64,000 nucleotides of DNA from an uncultured Spirochaetota bacterium (lineage in GTDB: Bacteria; Spirochaetota; Brevinematia; Brevinematales; JAOACQ01). Under the pieces are notes generated by a model. The model ran no database searches. It was not told the DNA's origin and worked only from the letters and a program-made list of their open reading frames with translations. The position numbers and the translations under genes were made by a program. Positions 8,402 to 18,172 of the stretch are shown piece by piece (the first letter of the stretch is position 1; the number at the start of each line of letters is the position of its first letter). Location: positions 224,001 to 288,000 of the forward strand of contig CAVYGN010000002.1 of the NCBI GenBank assembly GCA_963768055.1. Reading direction: 5' to 3'.

Positions 8402-10470
8402 TGTATATCAATGAGTTGAAAAACAATCCGATAGATAATCTGGATTTTTTGACAAAAAGGCAGATTTCACTGTTAAAAAAGATGGATATCAATACCGCTT
8501 TTGATATCGTCAGCAATTTCCCATTCAGGTATGACGACAGGTCTTCTATTGAAACGATCCAGGCAAGCCTTTTAAAAGGAGTTCCATCCGCCATTCTGGC
8601 CACCGTAGTCGGGCATGAGTACATCTTTTTCAACAGGAGAAGGCATCCGAAGATTATAATCCAGGATCAGACAATGCGTGCAAGCCTTGTAGGCTTCAAC
8701 CGGGATTATCTGAAACAATCCATGAAAATCGGCGAAAAATACTGGATAAACGCTCAATTCACATATAAATACAATGAGGTTCAAAGCTCAACCTTCGACT
8801 TCGAAGTTTACAGGGAAAACACCCCGCCGAAAAATTTCGGTTTTATCCTGCCTGTTTATAATTTAACGGAGGACCTTTACCTCAAGGAACTCCGTTCCAT
8901 AGTAAAAAAAACATTATTAAAATATCTAGATTCTCTCACTGATGAAATCCCCGATTACATATTGAAGGCGCATAACCTTTCGGTGAAGAAAGACTCGCTC
9001 CTGAACATACATTTTCCTTCTAACGCTAAGGAACTTAAAAAGGCTAAACTGCGGCTTGCATACGAGGAATTTTTATCCATAGAACTCGCTGTAATAATGA
9101 AAAGAAAAAACATCGTGAGCGTCTCAAAACCCTATTCTTATTCAAAAAAGTCGAAAATCGGCCTGTTTTTAAAAAAACTGCCTTATAAGCTTACAAATTC
9201 CCAGGATAAAGCCTTGAGGGAGATTATAAAAGATATGGACAATCCGGCTCCGATGCACAGGCTTCTCCAGGGTGACGTCGGCTGCGGCAAGACCACTATC
9301 GCTATTGCAGGGTTGATCTATGCCGCTGAAAACGGAATGCAGGGAGCGCTGATGGTCCCAACTGAAGTGCTTGCGATTCAACATTACAATACAATAAAAC
9401 CCTATCTTGACGGGCTCGGCATTAAAACAGTCCTCCTGACAGGCAGTATTGAGGGTGAGGATAAAAGGTCAATTTACGCCGGTATAAATAACGGAAGCGC
9501 ATCCGTAGTAATCGGGACACAGGCATTAATACAGGACGGTCTGGAATTCAAAAACCTTTCCATGATCGTATTCGATGAACAGCACAGGTTCGGCGTTTTA
9601 CAAAGGATCAGCCTGTCAAAAAAGGGAAATAAACCCGATATCCTTGTAATGACGGCTACCCCGATCCCAAGGACTCTTACTTTGACATTATACGGCGACC
9701 TTGATCTCACTATTATCGATGAGATGCCGGCCGGCCGGATAAGGGTAAAAACAAGATGGATCACAAAAAAAGATTATCCTGAATTGCTGAATCTTGTCGA
9801 GAATGAACTCGTCAAGGGCCGCCAGGCATATTTCATCTACCCCCTGATCGAAGAATCGATAAAAATCGATACTGAAAACGCACAGAAGATGCATAGGGTT
9901 TTATCCAGGCATTTTTCGGATTACTCGGTAGGGCTCCTCCATGGCCGAATGGGAGCTATGGAAAAATACGAGGTAATGGAAAATTTCAGGGCGGGCAGGC
10001 TTCAGATACTTGTGTCGACGACAGTAATTGAAGTCGGGATCGATGTTAAAAACGCCACGGTAATGGCTATAGAAGGCCCTGAAAGATTCGGGCTTTCACA
10101 GCTTCATCAGTTAAGAGGCCGGGTAGGCAGGGATAAGTACGAGTCATACTGCGTGCTTGTCACTTCCGGCAGCGAATCGGAGGACACGAAAGCGAGGATG
10201 AACGCAATGGTGAACCATTCCGACGGTTTCAGGATTGCCGAGGAGGATTTGAAGTTAAGGGGGCCTGGTGAAATTTTAGGCGTCCGCCAATCCGGCATAC
10301 CTGAATTAAGAATAGCCGATTATATAAGAAACGAGAAGCTCCTTGTAGTCGCCAGGGAGGACGCCCTGAATATATTGAAATCCGACCCTAATCTAAGCTC
10401 CGAAGCCAACCGCCAGCTAAGGGAGGGGATAATAAACTTCCTGCCCTCGGACTATCTTTATTCGGGGTGA
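8401..10470 (+). CDS. recG: ATP-dependent DNA helicase RecG
   Basis: RLLQGDVGCGKT, PTEVLAIQH, DEQHRFGVLQR, MTATPIPRTL, QLHQLRGRVGR, DLKLRGPGE; TAATG stop/start overlap with the upstream gene. Confidence 0.97.
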   Translation: MYINELKNNPIDNLDFLTKRQISLLKKMDINTAFDIVSNFPFRYDDRSSIETIQASLLKGVPSAILATVVGHEYIFFNRRRHPKIIIQDQTMRASLVGFNRDYLKQSMKIGEKYWINAQFTYKYNEVQSSTFDFEVYRENTPPKNFGFILPVYNLTEDLYLKELRSIVKKTLLKYLDSLTDEIPDYILKAHNLSVKKDSLLNIHFPSNAKELKKAKLRLAYEEFLSIELAVIMKRKNIVSVSKPYSYSKKSKIGLFLKKLPYKLTNSQDKALREIIKDMDNPAPMHRLLQGDVGCGKTTIAIAGLIYAAENGMQGALMVPTEVLAIQHYNTIKPYLDGLGIKTVLLTGSIEGEDKRSIYAGINNGSASVVIGTQALIQDGLEFKNLSMIVFDEQHRFGVLQRISLSKKGNKPDILVMTATPIPRTLTLTLYGDLDLTIIDEMPAGRIRVKTRWITKKDYPELLNLVENELVKGRQAYFIYPLIEESIKIDTENAQKMHRVLSRHFSDYSVGLLHGRMGAMEKYEVMENFRAGRLQILVSTTVIEVGIDVKNATVMAIEGPERFGLSQLHQLRGRVGRDKYESYCVLVTSGSESEDTKARMNAMVNHSDGFRIAEEDLKLRGPGEILGVRQSGIPELRIADYIRNEKLLVVAREDALNILKSDPNLSSEANRQLREGIINFLPSDYLYSG

Positions 10471-10520
10471 AGCCGTTCCCCACAATTTCCGTTTGAAAAA
10501 AATAAATAAATATATTTCCA

Positions 10521-10548
10521 TAAAGTTTAATCCGGAGGCCGCCGATAC
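10521..10548 (+). promoter_or_regulatory. sigma28 (FliA) promoter of the first flagellin
   Basis: TAAA-16 nt-GCCGATAC, close to the TAAA-N15/16-GCCGATAA consensus. Confidence 0.75.
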
Positions 10549-10658
10549 ATTCATAAGAGAGATTCTCATTTTAAAAGGGAGGTCATTTTCGAATATCAGG
10601 CCTAATAGGATTATCGGAATATAAGGAATAGCCTTTAGGCTTTTTTAAGGAAAATATT

Positions 10659-10694
10659 CCCGCAAGGACGCGGGGATAAAATATATCAAGGAGG
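10659..10694 (+). promoter_or_regulatory. CsrA-type binding sites in the flagellin leader
   Basis: CCCGC-AAGGAC-GCGGG hairpin with GGA in the loop, plus CAAGGAGG at the RBS. Same architecture as the Bacillus subtilis hag leader. Confidence 0.65.
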
Positions 10695-10700
10695 ATACCT

Positions 10701-11561
10701 ATGATCATTAATCACAACATCAGTTCGATCTTCGCTAATCGACAGTTGTGGATTAACAGCCGTGAATCTGACAAGAACATCGAAAAGCTCTCGTCAGGTT
10801 TAAGGATCAACAGGGCGGGTGATGACGCTTCCGGTCTCGCGGTTTCCGAAAAAATGCGGTCGCAAATACAGGGTTTGCGCAGAGCCGAGAGAAACGCAGA
10901 AGATGCCACATCGTTCATCCAGACCACCGAGGGTTACCTCGAAGAAACCCACACAATTCTGCAGAGGATCAGGGAACTTGCCGTCCAGGCGGCCAATGGA
11001 ATCTATTCCACGGAAGACAGGATGCAGATTCAGGTTGAAGTCTCGCAGTTAGTTTCAGAAGTGGACAGAATAGCTTCGCATGCCCAGTACAACGGCCTCA
11101 ATATGCTCACAGGAAGATTCGCTTATAATTCCGGCGGAAACAACCCTACCGCGAGCATATGGTTTCATATCGGACCCAATATGGACCAGAGGATAAGAAG
11201 CTATATCAACACAATGACAGCAACAGCTCTTGGATTAAAAGAACCGACATCCCAGGAAAATATCAGCATCAGCACGCCTGAAAAATCCAATATGGCTATC
11301 GGTGCGATCGATAACGCGCTGGAAAAAGTTTCCAAGCAGAGGGCGGATCTTGGCGCTTATCAGAACAGGCTTGAAAAATTATCCTCAGGACTCATGGTGG
11401 GTTACGAGAACCTTCAGTCCGCAGAATCCAGGATCAGGGACACCGATATGGCGGAACAGATGAGCGAATTCGTAAAGACCCAGATCCTGACACAGGCTGC
11501 CACTGCAATGGTAGCCCAGGCTAACCAAAAACCCCAACTAATGCTGACTCTTTTGAGGTAG
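10701..11561 (+). CDS. flaB: flagellar filament core protein FlaB
   Basis: MIINHN..., [50 protein letters not shown]; 286 aa, spirochaetal length. Confidence 0.97.
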   Translation: MIINHNISSIFANRQLWINSRESDKNIEKLSSGLRINRAGDDASGLAVSEKMRSQIQGLRRAERNAEDATSFIQTTEGYLEETHTILQRIRELAVQAANGIYSTEDRMQIQVEVSQLVSEVDRIASHAQYNGLNMLTGRFAYNSGGNNPTASIWFHIGPNMDQRIRSYINTMTATALGLKEPTSQENISISTPEKSNMAIGAIDNALEKVSKQRADLGAYQNRLEKLSSGLMVGYENLQSAESRIRDTDMAEQMSEFVKTQILTQAATAMVAQANQKPQLMLTLLR

Positions 11562-11607
11562 GACTGTGAAGGCGCGAAAAGTTGGGATAGGCAGCTGAAA
11601 AATAATA

Positions 11608-11643
11608 GATTATCCCGGCCGATGCCGGGATAATCCTTTTTTT
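11608..11643 (+). terminator. intrinsic terminator after the first flaB
   Basis: GATTATCCCGGC-CGAT-GCCGGGATAATC perfect 12-bp stem followed by C and a T-run. Confidence 0.85.
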
Positions 11644-11736
11644 ATTCATTCGGTTATAGGCATTGGTGGTAATTACTTCATACCCTCCTAGCGCTGCGCT
11701 GCGGCTTCGCGGTGCAGACAGCAGGGACCCCTCAGT

Positions 11737-11766
11737 CACAAGGATGTTTAAGAAACTCAAGGAGGG
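11737..11766 (+). promoter_or_regulatory. CsrA-type sites in the second flagellin leader
   Basis: CACAAGGATGT and CAAGGAGGG (RBS), mirroring the first flaB leader. Confidence 0.55.
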
Positions 11767-11771
11767 ATAAT

Positions 11772-12650
11772 ATGATAGTAAACCACAATATAAGCTCAAT
11801 TTTTGCCAACAGGCTTCTGGTGCTCAATGATGCAAACCTGAACAATAATATCGAGAAACTCTCGTCAGGCCTCAGGATAAACAAAGCGGGAGACGATGCT
11901 TCCGGACTGGCCGTATCCGAAAAGATGAGAAGCCAGATTTCGGGCCTCCATCAGGCGATGAGGAACACCGAGGATGCCACTTCATTCCTGCAGACAACGG
12001 AAGGATATCTCGATGAAACTACGACAATTCTTCAGAGAATGAGAGAACTAGCGGTACAGGCTGGAAACGGCATTTACAGCGATCTGGACAGGTCCCTCAT
12101 CAATGTGGAAATGTCCCAGCTGATCAGCGAAGTCGATAGAATAGCTCATCATGCACAGTATAACGGCATGAATATTCTGACCGGCAGATTCGAGGAACCA
12201 ACCGGAACAACGACCGGTTCAGCCGGCAACAACCAGACGGCAGGCCTTTGGTTCCATATCGGACCTGACATGGATCAGAGAGTGCAGGTGTTTGTCGGCA
12301 ATATGGGCGCTCAGACATTAGGCTTAATTGCAGCTGACGGAACTAAGGTCGTCAGCGCGAGCAACATGGATACGGCGAACCGTTCGATCGGAGTCGTAGA
12401 TAAGGCCCTCGAGCTTGTACTCAAACAAAGGGCCGACCTCGGTTCTTATGAGAACAGGTTCGAAAAACTTTATAAAGGACTTTATGTAGCATTCGAGAAT
12501 ACCAATGCTTCAGAGTCCAGAATAAGGGATACGGATATGGCTCAGGAAATGAGCGATTTCGTTAAGAACCAGATACTTACACAGGCTAACGTTTCCATGC
12601 TGTCCCAGGCAAATTTAAAGCCTCAGCTAGTGCTGAGGCTTCTTGGTTAG
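11772..12650 (+). CDS. flaB: flagellar filament core protein FlaB (second paralog)
   Basis: [14 protein letters not shown]..., same flagellin N- and C-terminal motifs; ATG 11772 after AGGAGGG. Confidence 0.96.
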   Translation: MIVNHNISSIFANRLLVLNDANLNNNIEKLSSGLRINKAGDDASGLAVSEKMRSQISGLHQAMRNTEDATSFLQTTEGYLDETTTILQRMRELAVQAGNGIYSDLDRSLINVEMSQLISEVDRIAHHAQYNGMNILTGRFEEPTGTTTGSAGNNQTAGLWFHIGPDMDQRVQVFVGNMGAQTLGLIAADGTKVVSASNMDTANRSIGVVDKALELVLKQRADLGSYENRFEKLYKGLYVAFENTNASESRIRDTDMAQEMSDFVKNQILTQANVSMLSQANLKPQLVLRLLG

Positions 12651-12781
12651 GGATAGGCAAATATCCTCTAACTATTAGCATAAACAAAAAGTAAAAAGAC
12701 TGTTCGGGGTCCCTGCTAAATTTAAAAACTCTATCACAATTAATATCGGTTCAGATAAAATTATGTTTAGTAAAAATTTAA

Positions 12782-14035
12782 TTATTTTTTATCATAATAA
12801 GCCGTCAATTCGTTAAGTCTCTCCAGGAGCGGGGGATGGGAATAATAAAAGAACACGTATAAGGGATGCGGATACAGGTTCGATAAATTGTCCCTTGACA
12901 ATTTGACAAGAGAATCCTGGAGGTGTGAAGACCCCCCTGTTATATCTACGGAGAACCGGTCGGCTTCCATTTCCCTCCTTCTTGAAATATAAGAGACTAT
13001 CGGTGAGAGAAAAAACGCCAGAATAGAACCTATAAAACCCGCAAGTATCGTCTTTACAAAAAACCCGCCGGCTGTTATATGAAAAAGGGCGGGCAAAATT
13101 TCCGTCCGGAAAAGCAAAAAACAGCCGAAAAAAAGAACCAATGAAACGGCTTCATAAAGCGCTATGGATTTTAAAATATGCTTCTTTTTCCAGTGGCCGG
13201 CTTCGTGCGCAAGTACGGCAAGTATTTCATCATCCGATAGCCTGGAGAGGAGCGTATCGAATATGACGATCCGCTTGACCTTTCCTATCCCTGTAAAATA
13301 AGCGTTGGAATGCGTACTTCTTTTAGACGCATCGATCTTCGTCACCTGGGAGGCTTCAATCCCGACTTTAGCAAAAAGGGCCCTGATCTTTTCTACAAGC
13401 TCAAGGTTATCAAGCGGCGTAAATTTATTAAAAAGAGGTTCGATTATAAAAGGGGATATATACATCAGCATTATGCTTAAAGTAAAGAAAAACAGCCACA
13501 TTATTCCCCACCAGAACATAGGGCTTATCTGAACGACCCAGAGCAGCGCGATGATCGCGCCGCAAAGAAGCAGGGCGTCAATTATAAATGATTTTACATA
13601 ATCGGCCGCCCAGAGCCTTAAATTCATCCTGTTGAACCCGTATTTGTTCTCAATAAAAAAAGTCTCATAAAGCGAGAAGGGTATATCAAGAAATTGAGAA
13701 ACTACCGATAAGGCCATAAAATAAATAAGGCCTTTTAATATGAAATTAATATTCAGGCTTATAAGGGCCGAATTGTATATGTTTAATAATGGAGTAAAGA
13801 TGAATATAAAGACAAGGATATCGGAAAATAGACTTCTGAATATGCCGAAACGGGACTTTAAAACCAGGTAAGACAGGCTTTTTTCCGCCGTCGATCTGTC
13901 TATTAAACCTGATAACTGAGCCGGCACCGAAGAGCCCATTTTTCTCAGGTATGACACATTGATAAGTTCAAGAAAGATGCTGAAGGCCCTTTTTATAATG
14001 AATAAAATAATAATTCCGGCGGTGAAAAAATCCAT
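12782..14035 (-). CDS. M48 family (Ste24-like) membrane zinc metallopeptidase
   Basis: Multiple TM helices, NAYFTG.G..KRIVIFDTL, HEAGH, E..AD, YYSHPPL.ERL. Confidence 0.93.
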   Translation of the reverse strand: MDFFTAGIIILFIIKRAFSIFLELINVSYLRKMGSSVPAQLSGLIDRSTAEKSLSYLVLKSRFGIFRSLFSDILVFIFIFTPLLNIYNSALISLNINFILKGLIYFMALSVVSQFLDIPFSLYETFFIENKYGFNRMNLRLWAADYVKSFIIDALLLCGAIIALLWVVQISPMFWWGIMWLFFFTLSIMLMYISPFIIEPLFNKFTPLDNLELVEKIRALFAKVGIEASQVTKIDASKRSTHSNAYFTGIGKVKRIVIFDTLLSRLSDDEILAVLAHEAGHWKKKHILKSIALYEAVSLVLFFGCFLLFRTEILPALFHITAGGFFVKTILAGFIGSILAFFLSPIVSYISRRREMEADRFSVDITGGSSHLQDSLVKLSRDNLSNLYPHPLYVFFYYSHPPLLERLNELTAYYDKK

Positions 14036-14067
14036 TGAACGGCTCCTTTCCTAATATAGCAGGCCTA

Positions 14068-14096
14068 TTGACATACGGTCTCGGTTATTATATATT
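14068..14096 (+). promoter_or_regulatory. sigma70-type promoter for phoH-pgpH
   Basis: TTGACA-17 nt-TATATT. Confidence 0.6.
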
Positions 14097-14152
14097 ATTA
14101 TATAATATTATATATTTAAAGAGAGGTTATTTTAACTTTTGGTTACAAAAAA

Positions 14153-15124
14153 ATGAAAATAAAGCTTCATATCCCTTCAAGCATCGATCCTGTCCTGGCT
14201 TTCGGAGTCCACGATTCAAACCTGAGGCTGCTTGAAAGGGTCATGGATGTAAAGATCATCCCTCTCGAGGAAGAAATCTCCATTGAAGGGGATGAGGATA
14301 AGGCCACGAAAACTTCGAATGTATTAAATAATATATTCGTCTTAGCGAGGGGAGCCATCCCTATTTCACATAACGATATCAAGCTGATGATCGAGGATGG
14401 GGTAAAAAGCGATAACTACGGAGTTGAAAAATTCTCCGACGGCCTGACCGTATCAAAAAAGGGAATAAGAATAAAGCCCAGAACGCGCCACCAAAAGGAA
14501 TACATGCGAAATATCCTTGACAATGATCTTACTTTTGCAATAGGCCCGGCAGGTACAGGTAAAACTTATCTTGCAGTTGGTATGGCCCTTCATCTTCTGC
14601 ATATCGGAAGGGTTAAGAAGATCATCCTCACACGCCCCGTCGTTGAAGCGGGTGAAAACCTCGGATTTCTGCCCGGGACAATCGAAGAAAAGATAGATCC
14701 TTATTTAAGGCCGCTTTTTGACGCCCTTAAAGACATGCTTGGTCCCGATGAATTAAAATATTTGATGGAAAACCAGGTGATAGAGCTTGCGCCCCTTGCT
14801 TATATGCGCGGCCGGACGCTTTCAAACTCTTTTATAATCCTTGACGAAGCTCAGAACACCACGACTATGCAGATGAAGATGTGCCTTACAAGGCTGGGTG
14901 AAAATTCCAAAATGGCTGTGACAGGCGACGTCACTCAAATCGACCTTCCGTACGGCAGGGAATCCGGGCTGAAACAGACCCAGGAATTGTTTCAAAACCT
15001 CGATGGGATCAAGTTCATTTATTTCAACCAAACGGATGTATTAAGGCATGGCCTGGTCAAAAAGATACTCGAAATATACGAAAAGAGAGAAAATGAATCA
15101 TGGAAAGAACTGTCGGTCAGGTGA
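14153..15124 (+). CDS. phoH: PhoH family ATPase (YbeZ-like)
   Basis: GPAGTGKTYLA, TRPVVEAGENLGFLPG, PLAYMRGRTL, DEAQN, GDVTQIDLP. Confidence 0.95.
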   Translation: MKIKLHIPSSIDPVLAFGVHDSNLRLLERVMDVKIIPLEEEISIEGDEDKATKTSNVLNNIFVLARGAIPISHNDIKLMIEDGVKSDNYGVEKFSDGLTVSKKGIRIKPRTRHQKEYMRNILDNDLTFAIGPAGTGKTYLAVGMALHLLHIGRVKKIILTRPVVEAGENLGFLPGTIEEKIDPYLRPLFDALKDMLGPDELKYLMENQVIELAPLAYMRGRTLSNSFIILDEAQNTTTMQMKMCLTRLGENSKMAVTGDVTQIDLPYGRESGLKQTQELFQNLDGIKFIYFNQTDVLRHGLVKKILEIYEKRENESWKELSVR

Positions 15125-17265
15125 TGTTCAAAAAATTTTTAAAAATAATCGCAAATAACTACAAAACGGTCTTATTGTTCGCGGGTGTTTACCTTTTGAA
15201 CTCGGTTTTTATTTTTTTATCGCATATCGCTCCCGATAGTTCCCTTTACAGCGTCGGACAAAGTTCTAAAGAAACTCTCCGTTCGGAATATACCTTTGTT
15301 TATGATGATAAATTTGAATCGGAGAACATGGAAAAGACTATTGAATCGAACCAGCCCTTGTATTACTCTTTCCTGGAAAATCATAAGGTTTCATTCAATT
15401 CCAAACTTTCCGAGTTTATTCTTGTCATGAACAAGAGCGCGGATAAAGATTTTACCAAATACATCAAATCCGGCAGGTACAATTTCTCGGCCCAGTCCCT
15501 CGGCTGGCTTGCTTCAAACCGGGGCCTTTTAAGCCTCTATACGAACAGGCTGATTTATATCTATGAGGCCCTGACCACTAAATATTACCTTGTCAATAAA
15601 AACGAGGGAGAAGGATCGACAGCCGGCATAGAGTTGATCACAAAACTTGGCAATAAAAAGATCCCCTATGATAAACTCCTTCTTTGCCCCATTGAAAAAG
15701 ATTTTCTTACGGGTTTCATTGGGGGAATCTATACCGGAATGAGTATGGATTTCAAATCCATTATGGCTGAAATCCTTATTAACCTCGTCGAACCGAACTC
15801 TCTTTTAAACCCAGAAGCCAGGGAACAGGTTATTAAAAAGGAACTATTCACAGCAAGGAAACAGAAGATCATAAATAAGGGTGATTTTCTTATCAAAAAG
15901 GGCGATATCATCACTCAGGATCAATTAGCCAGGATTATAGCCTACTCGGATTATAAAAAGAACGATCTTAATATGAAATTTTGGGCGCATAATTTAATTT
16001 ACTTTCTTCTTATAACCTTCCTTTCTTACAGGCTGATAAGGTATGAAAAGGAAACCTATAAAAAGAAATACAACATTTATATCACCCTGATCGGTTTTAT
16101 GGCGGTAAATTTTATTTATTATTCGGCTTATTTATACACCGATATACCCGATGTTCCAAATTTTCTGCTGATGCCTTTCGCAATAATATCCATATCTCTC
16201 CCTCTCCTGCTCAGGAACGACCGGGTTGCTATCATTCTTTTAATCTCTTATTCTTTGTTCTTATTCTTTTACCCTGTATTCGATATTATTACATTTTTCA
16301 ACCTTATTATCATTTCCCTGTCGACAATCTATACTTCTCAACTGTTAAAGAACAGGAACGATTTCTTTATAGCCGGTATTTTCATAGGACTTATTGAGCT
16401 CTTGTTTTCTTATATTTATACCCTTTATTACAGGAATTTTACAGACCTCCGGGAATGGGGGATGATCGTACTCTTCTCTTTCGGGAACGGGTTCGTATCA
16501 TCGATCCTCTCCCTGGGCTTGATGCCCCTGCTTGAAAACATTTTCAATATCCCTACCCGTTTCAGGCTCCTTGAGCTTACAAATCCAACTCTTTCTCCTC
16601 TTCTCAACAAGTTGAGGACTGAAGCCCCCGGGACTTACAACCATTCCCTGCTTTTAGGGGATATGTGCGAGGGCGCTGCCGAAAAGATCAATATAGACTC
16701 GCTCCTGGCAAAAGGCTGCGCTTATTACCATGATATCGGGAAAGCCGAGATTTCCGAGTATTTTATCGAGAACCAGGACGGTAAAAACAAGCATGATGAG
16801 TTAAAGACCAGTATTTCAGTATCAGTGATAAAATCCCATACAAAACTCGGCGTGGAACTCGCCCGCAAGTACCGCCTCCCCGAAGAGATCATCAGCGGCA
16901 TCAGGGAGCACCATGGCACTACGGCGATTTCCTATTTTTATCACCAGGCCCTCGGCCTTTTGGGCGACGAGAACGTGAATATCAGCGATTATGAATATCC
17001 GGGTCCCAAGCCTCAATCAAAAGAAACGGCTATACTTATGCTGGCGGACGGAATTGAAACGACGGTCAGGGCTTACGCTCAGAATAACGAGCATTTCACG
17101 ACAAAGATCATCGAAGATATTATTGAAGACGTAATACAAAAAAGAGTAGCCCAGGGGCAGCTGGATGAATGCAGCATAACCCTTCGCGAATTAAAAATCG
17201 TGGCTAATGAATTCTTCAGGCTCCTCGCCGGATACCATCATAAAAGAATTGAATACAAGAAGTGA
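15124..17265 (+). CDS. 7TM-HD (HDIG) phosphohydrolase, PgpH/YqfF-like c-di-AMP phosphodiesterase
   Basis: N-terminal TM, extracytoplasmic domain, ~7 TM helices, EAPGTYNHS, YYHDIGK, EHHGT, YPGPKPQSKE..ILMLAD; TGATG overlap with phoH. Confidence 0.88.
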   Translation: MFKKFLKIIANNYKTVLLFAGVYLLNSVFIFLSHIAPDSSLYSVGQSSKETLRSEYTFVYDDKFESENMEKTIESNQPLYYSFLENHKVSFNSKLSEFILVMNKSADKDFTKYIKSGRYNFSAQSLGWLASNRGLLSLYTNRLIYIYEALTTKYYLVNKNEGEGSTAGIELITKLGNKKIPYDKLLLCPIEKDFLTGFIGGIYTGMSMDFKSIMAEILINLVEPNSLLNPEAREQVIKKELFTARKQKIINKGDFLIKKGDIITQDQLARIIAYSDYKKNDLNMKFWAHNLIYFLLITFLSYRLIRYEKETYKKKYNIYITLIGFMAVNFIYYSAYLYTDIPDVPNFLLMPFAIISISLPLLLRNDRVAIILLISYSLFLFFYPVFDIITFFNLIIISLSTIYTSQLLKNRNDFFIAGIFIGLIELLFSYIYTLYYRNFTDLREWGMIVLFSFGNGFVSSILSLGLMPLLENIFNIPTRFRLLELTNPTLSPLLNKLRTEAPGTYNHSLLLGDMCEGAAEKINIDSLLAKGCAYYHDIGKAEISEYFIENQDGKNKHDELKTSISVSVIKSHTKLGVELARKYRLPEEIISGIREHHGTTAISYFYHQALGLLGDENVNISDYEYPGPKPQSKETAILMLADGIETTVRAYAQNNEHFTTKIIEDIIEDVIQKRVAQGQLDECSITLRELKIVANEFFRLLAGYHHKRIEYKK

Positions 17266-17281
17266 TCTATCTACAAACCAT

Positions 17282-17317
17282 AAAAAAACGGTCCCGTTCC
17301 TCATAGGAACGGGACCG
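17282..17317 (-). terminator. intrinsic terminator between convergent genes
   Basis: CGGTCCCGTTCCT-CAT-AGGAACGGGACCG 13-bp stem with A7 on the left, i.e. a U-tract on the minus strand. Confidence 0.85.
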
Positions 17318-17336
17318 CGTTTAGTTCGATGCTGTG

Positions 17337-17618
17337 CTATTTTTTTGCGCTATAGCAAGCCCAACAATAAACAGGCCTTTCACCGCTCGGCTTAAAAGGA
17401 ACCTGTGTGGGCTCCCCGCAAGATGAACAAGTGGTCTCGTACATCTGACGGTCTCTCCGACCGGATGCTCTGATGGCCTCTTTCTTCGCTTTTCTGCAGT
17501 CCGGGCATCTGGCAGGCTCGTTCTTGAAGCCTTTCTGTGCGTAAAAATCCTGCTCCGCTGCGGAGAAAGTGAAAGAATTGCCGCAATCGCGGCACGTTAG
17601 GGTTTTGTCCTGAAACAT
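17337..17618 (-). CDS. zinc-ribbon (CxxC-x17-CxxC) domain protein
   Basis: DKTLTCRDCG..F.F...EQ.FY..KGF.NEP.RCPDCR and CSSCG...VPFKP...RPVYC..C. Confidence 0.9.
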   Translation of the reverse strand: MFQDKTLTCRDCGNSFTFSAAEQDFYAQKGFKNEPARCPDCRKAKKEAIRASGRRDRQMYETTCSSCGEPTQVPFKPSGERPVYCWACYSAKK

Positions 17619-17736
17619 GAGGTTAACCTCCCTCTGAATTTGCCCATAGCAGGGACTGCCTTACTCCGTTCTAAGTCCATTGGCAAATCAAAGGGTTGAA
17701 TCGGGTAGACTTTCCTTTAGATATGGGTCTCAATAT

Positions 17737-17765
17737 ACTATACGGCATATTTTGAAAAAAGTCAA
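17737..17765 (-). promoter_or_regulatory. sigma70 promoter of the zinc-ribbon gene
   Basis: TTGACT-17 nt-TATAGT on the minus strand. Confidence 0.7.
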
Positions 17766-17815
17766 ATGTTTCTTGAAATATTTTAATGGCACTTCTAATA
17801 ACCGCCCTTAATACA

Positions 17816-18172
17816 TTATTCTTCCTGCATGAAGTTTTCAAGCTTCAGGAGGATCGAATTCAGTATATCGTCTTTTATATACCTGCATGTTTCCTCATAA
17901 TATTCTTCCTTGCGCATGGACTTTTCAATGATATTTATAGTATTCAGTTCTATTTCGCTGAACTTCAAGCCCAGTTCCTCCATTCCTGCGGCTACTTTAT
18001 CTTGTAGCTGTTTTCCCTTTTTCAGAAGATAAATGTCCCTGAGGAGCTGGATTACGTTCTCACAGACAAAATCCGGCTTTTCCTTTTTCAGTAACATTCG
18101 GGTAAAGTCAATCGTATAATTGATTGAATGTAAAAGGCTTTTAGCGGCGCTTTCAGGTATTTTTCCTTTCAT
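17816..18172 (-). CDS. hypothetical protein
   Basis: 118-aa helical-looking ORF overlapping the murE stop by 4 nt. Confidence 0.65.
   Translation of the reverse strand: MKGKIPESAAKSLLHSINYTIDFTRMLLKKEKPDFVCENVIQLLRDIYLLKKGKQLQDKVAAGMEELGLKFSEIELNTINIIEKSMRKEEYYEETCRYIKDDILNSILLKLENFMQEE

Noticed and set aside
11584..11593. GGGATAGGCA after both flagellin genes (also 12650-12659)
   Set aside because: Only 10 nt, at different distances from the stops; could be duplication residue or chance.
11597..11625. sigma28 promoter for the second flaB (GCCGATGC)
   Set aside because: The -10 match lies in the terminator loop and no TAAA is correctly spaced.
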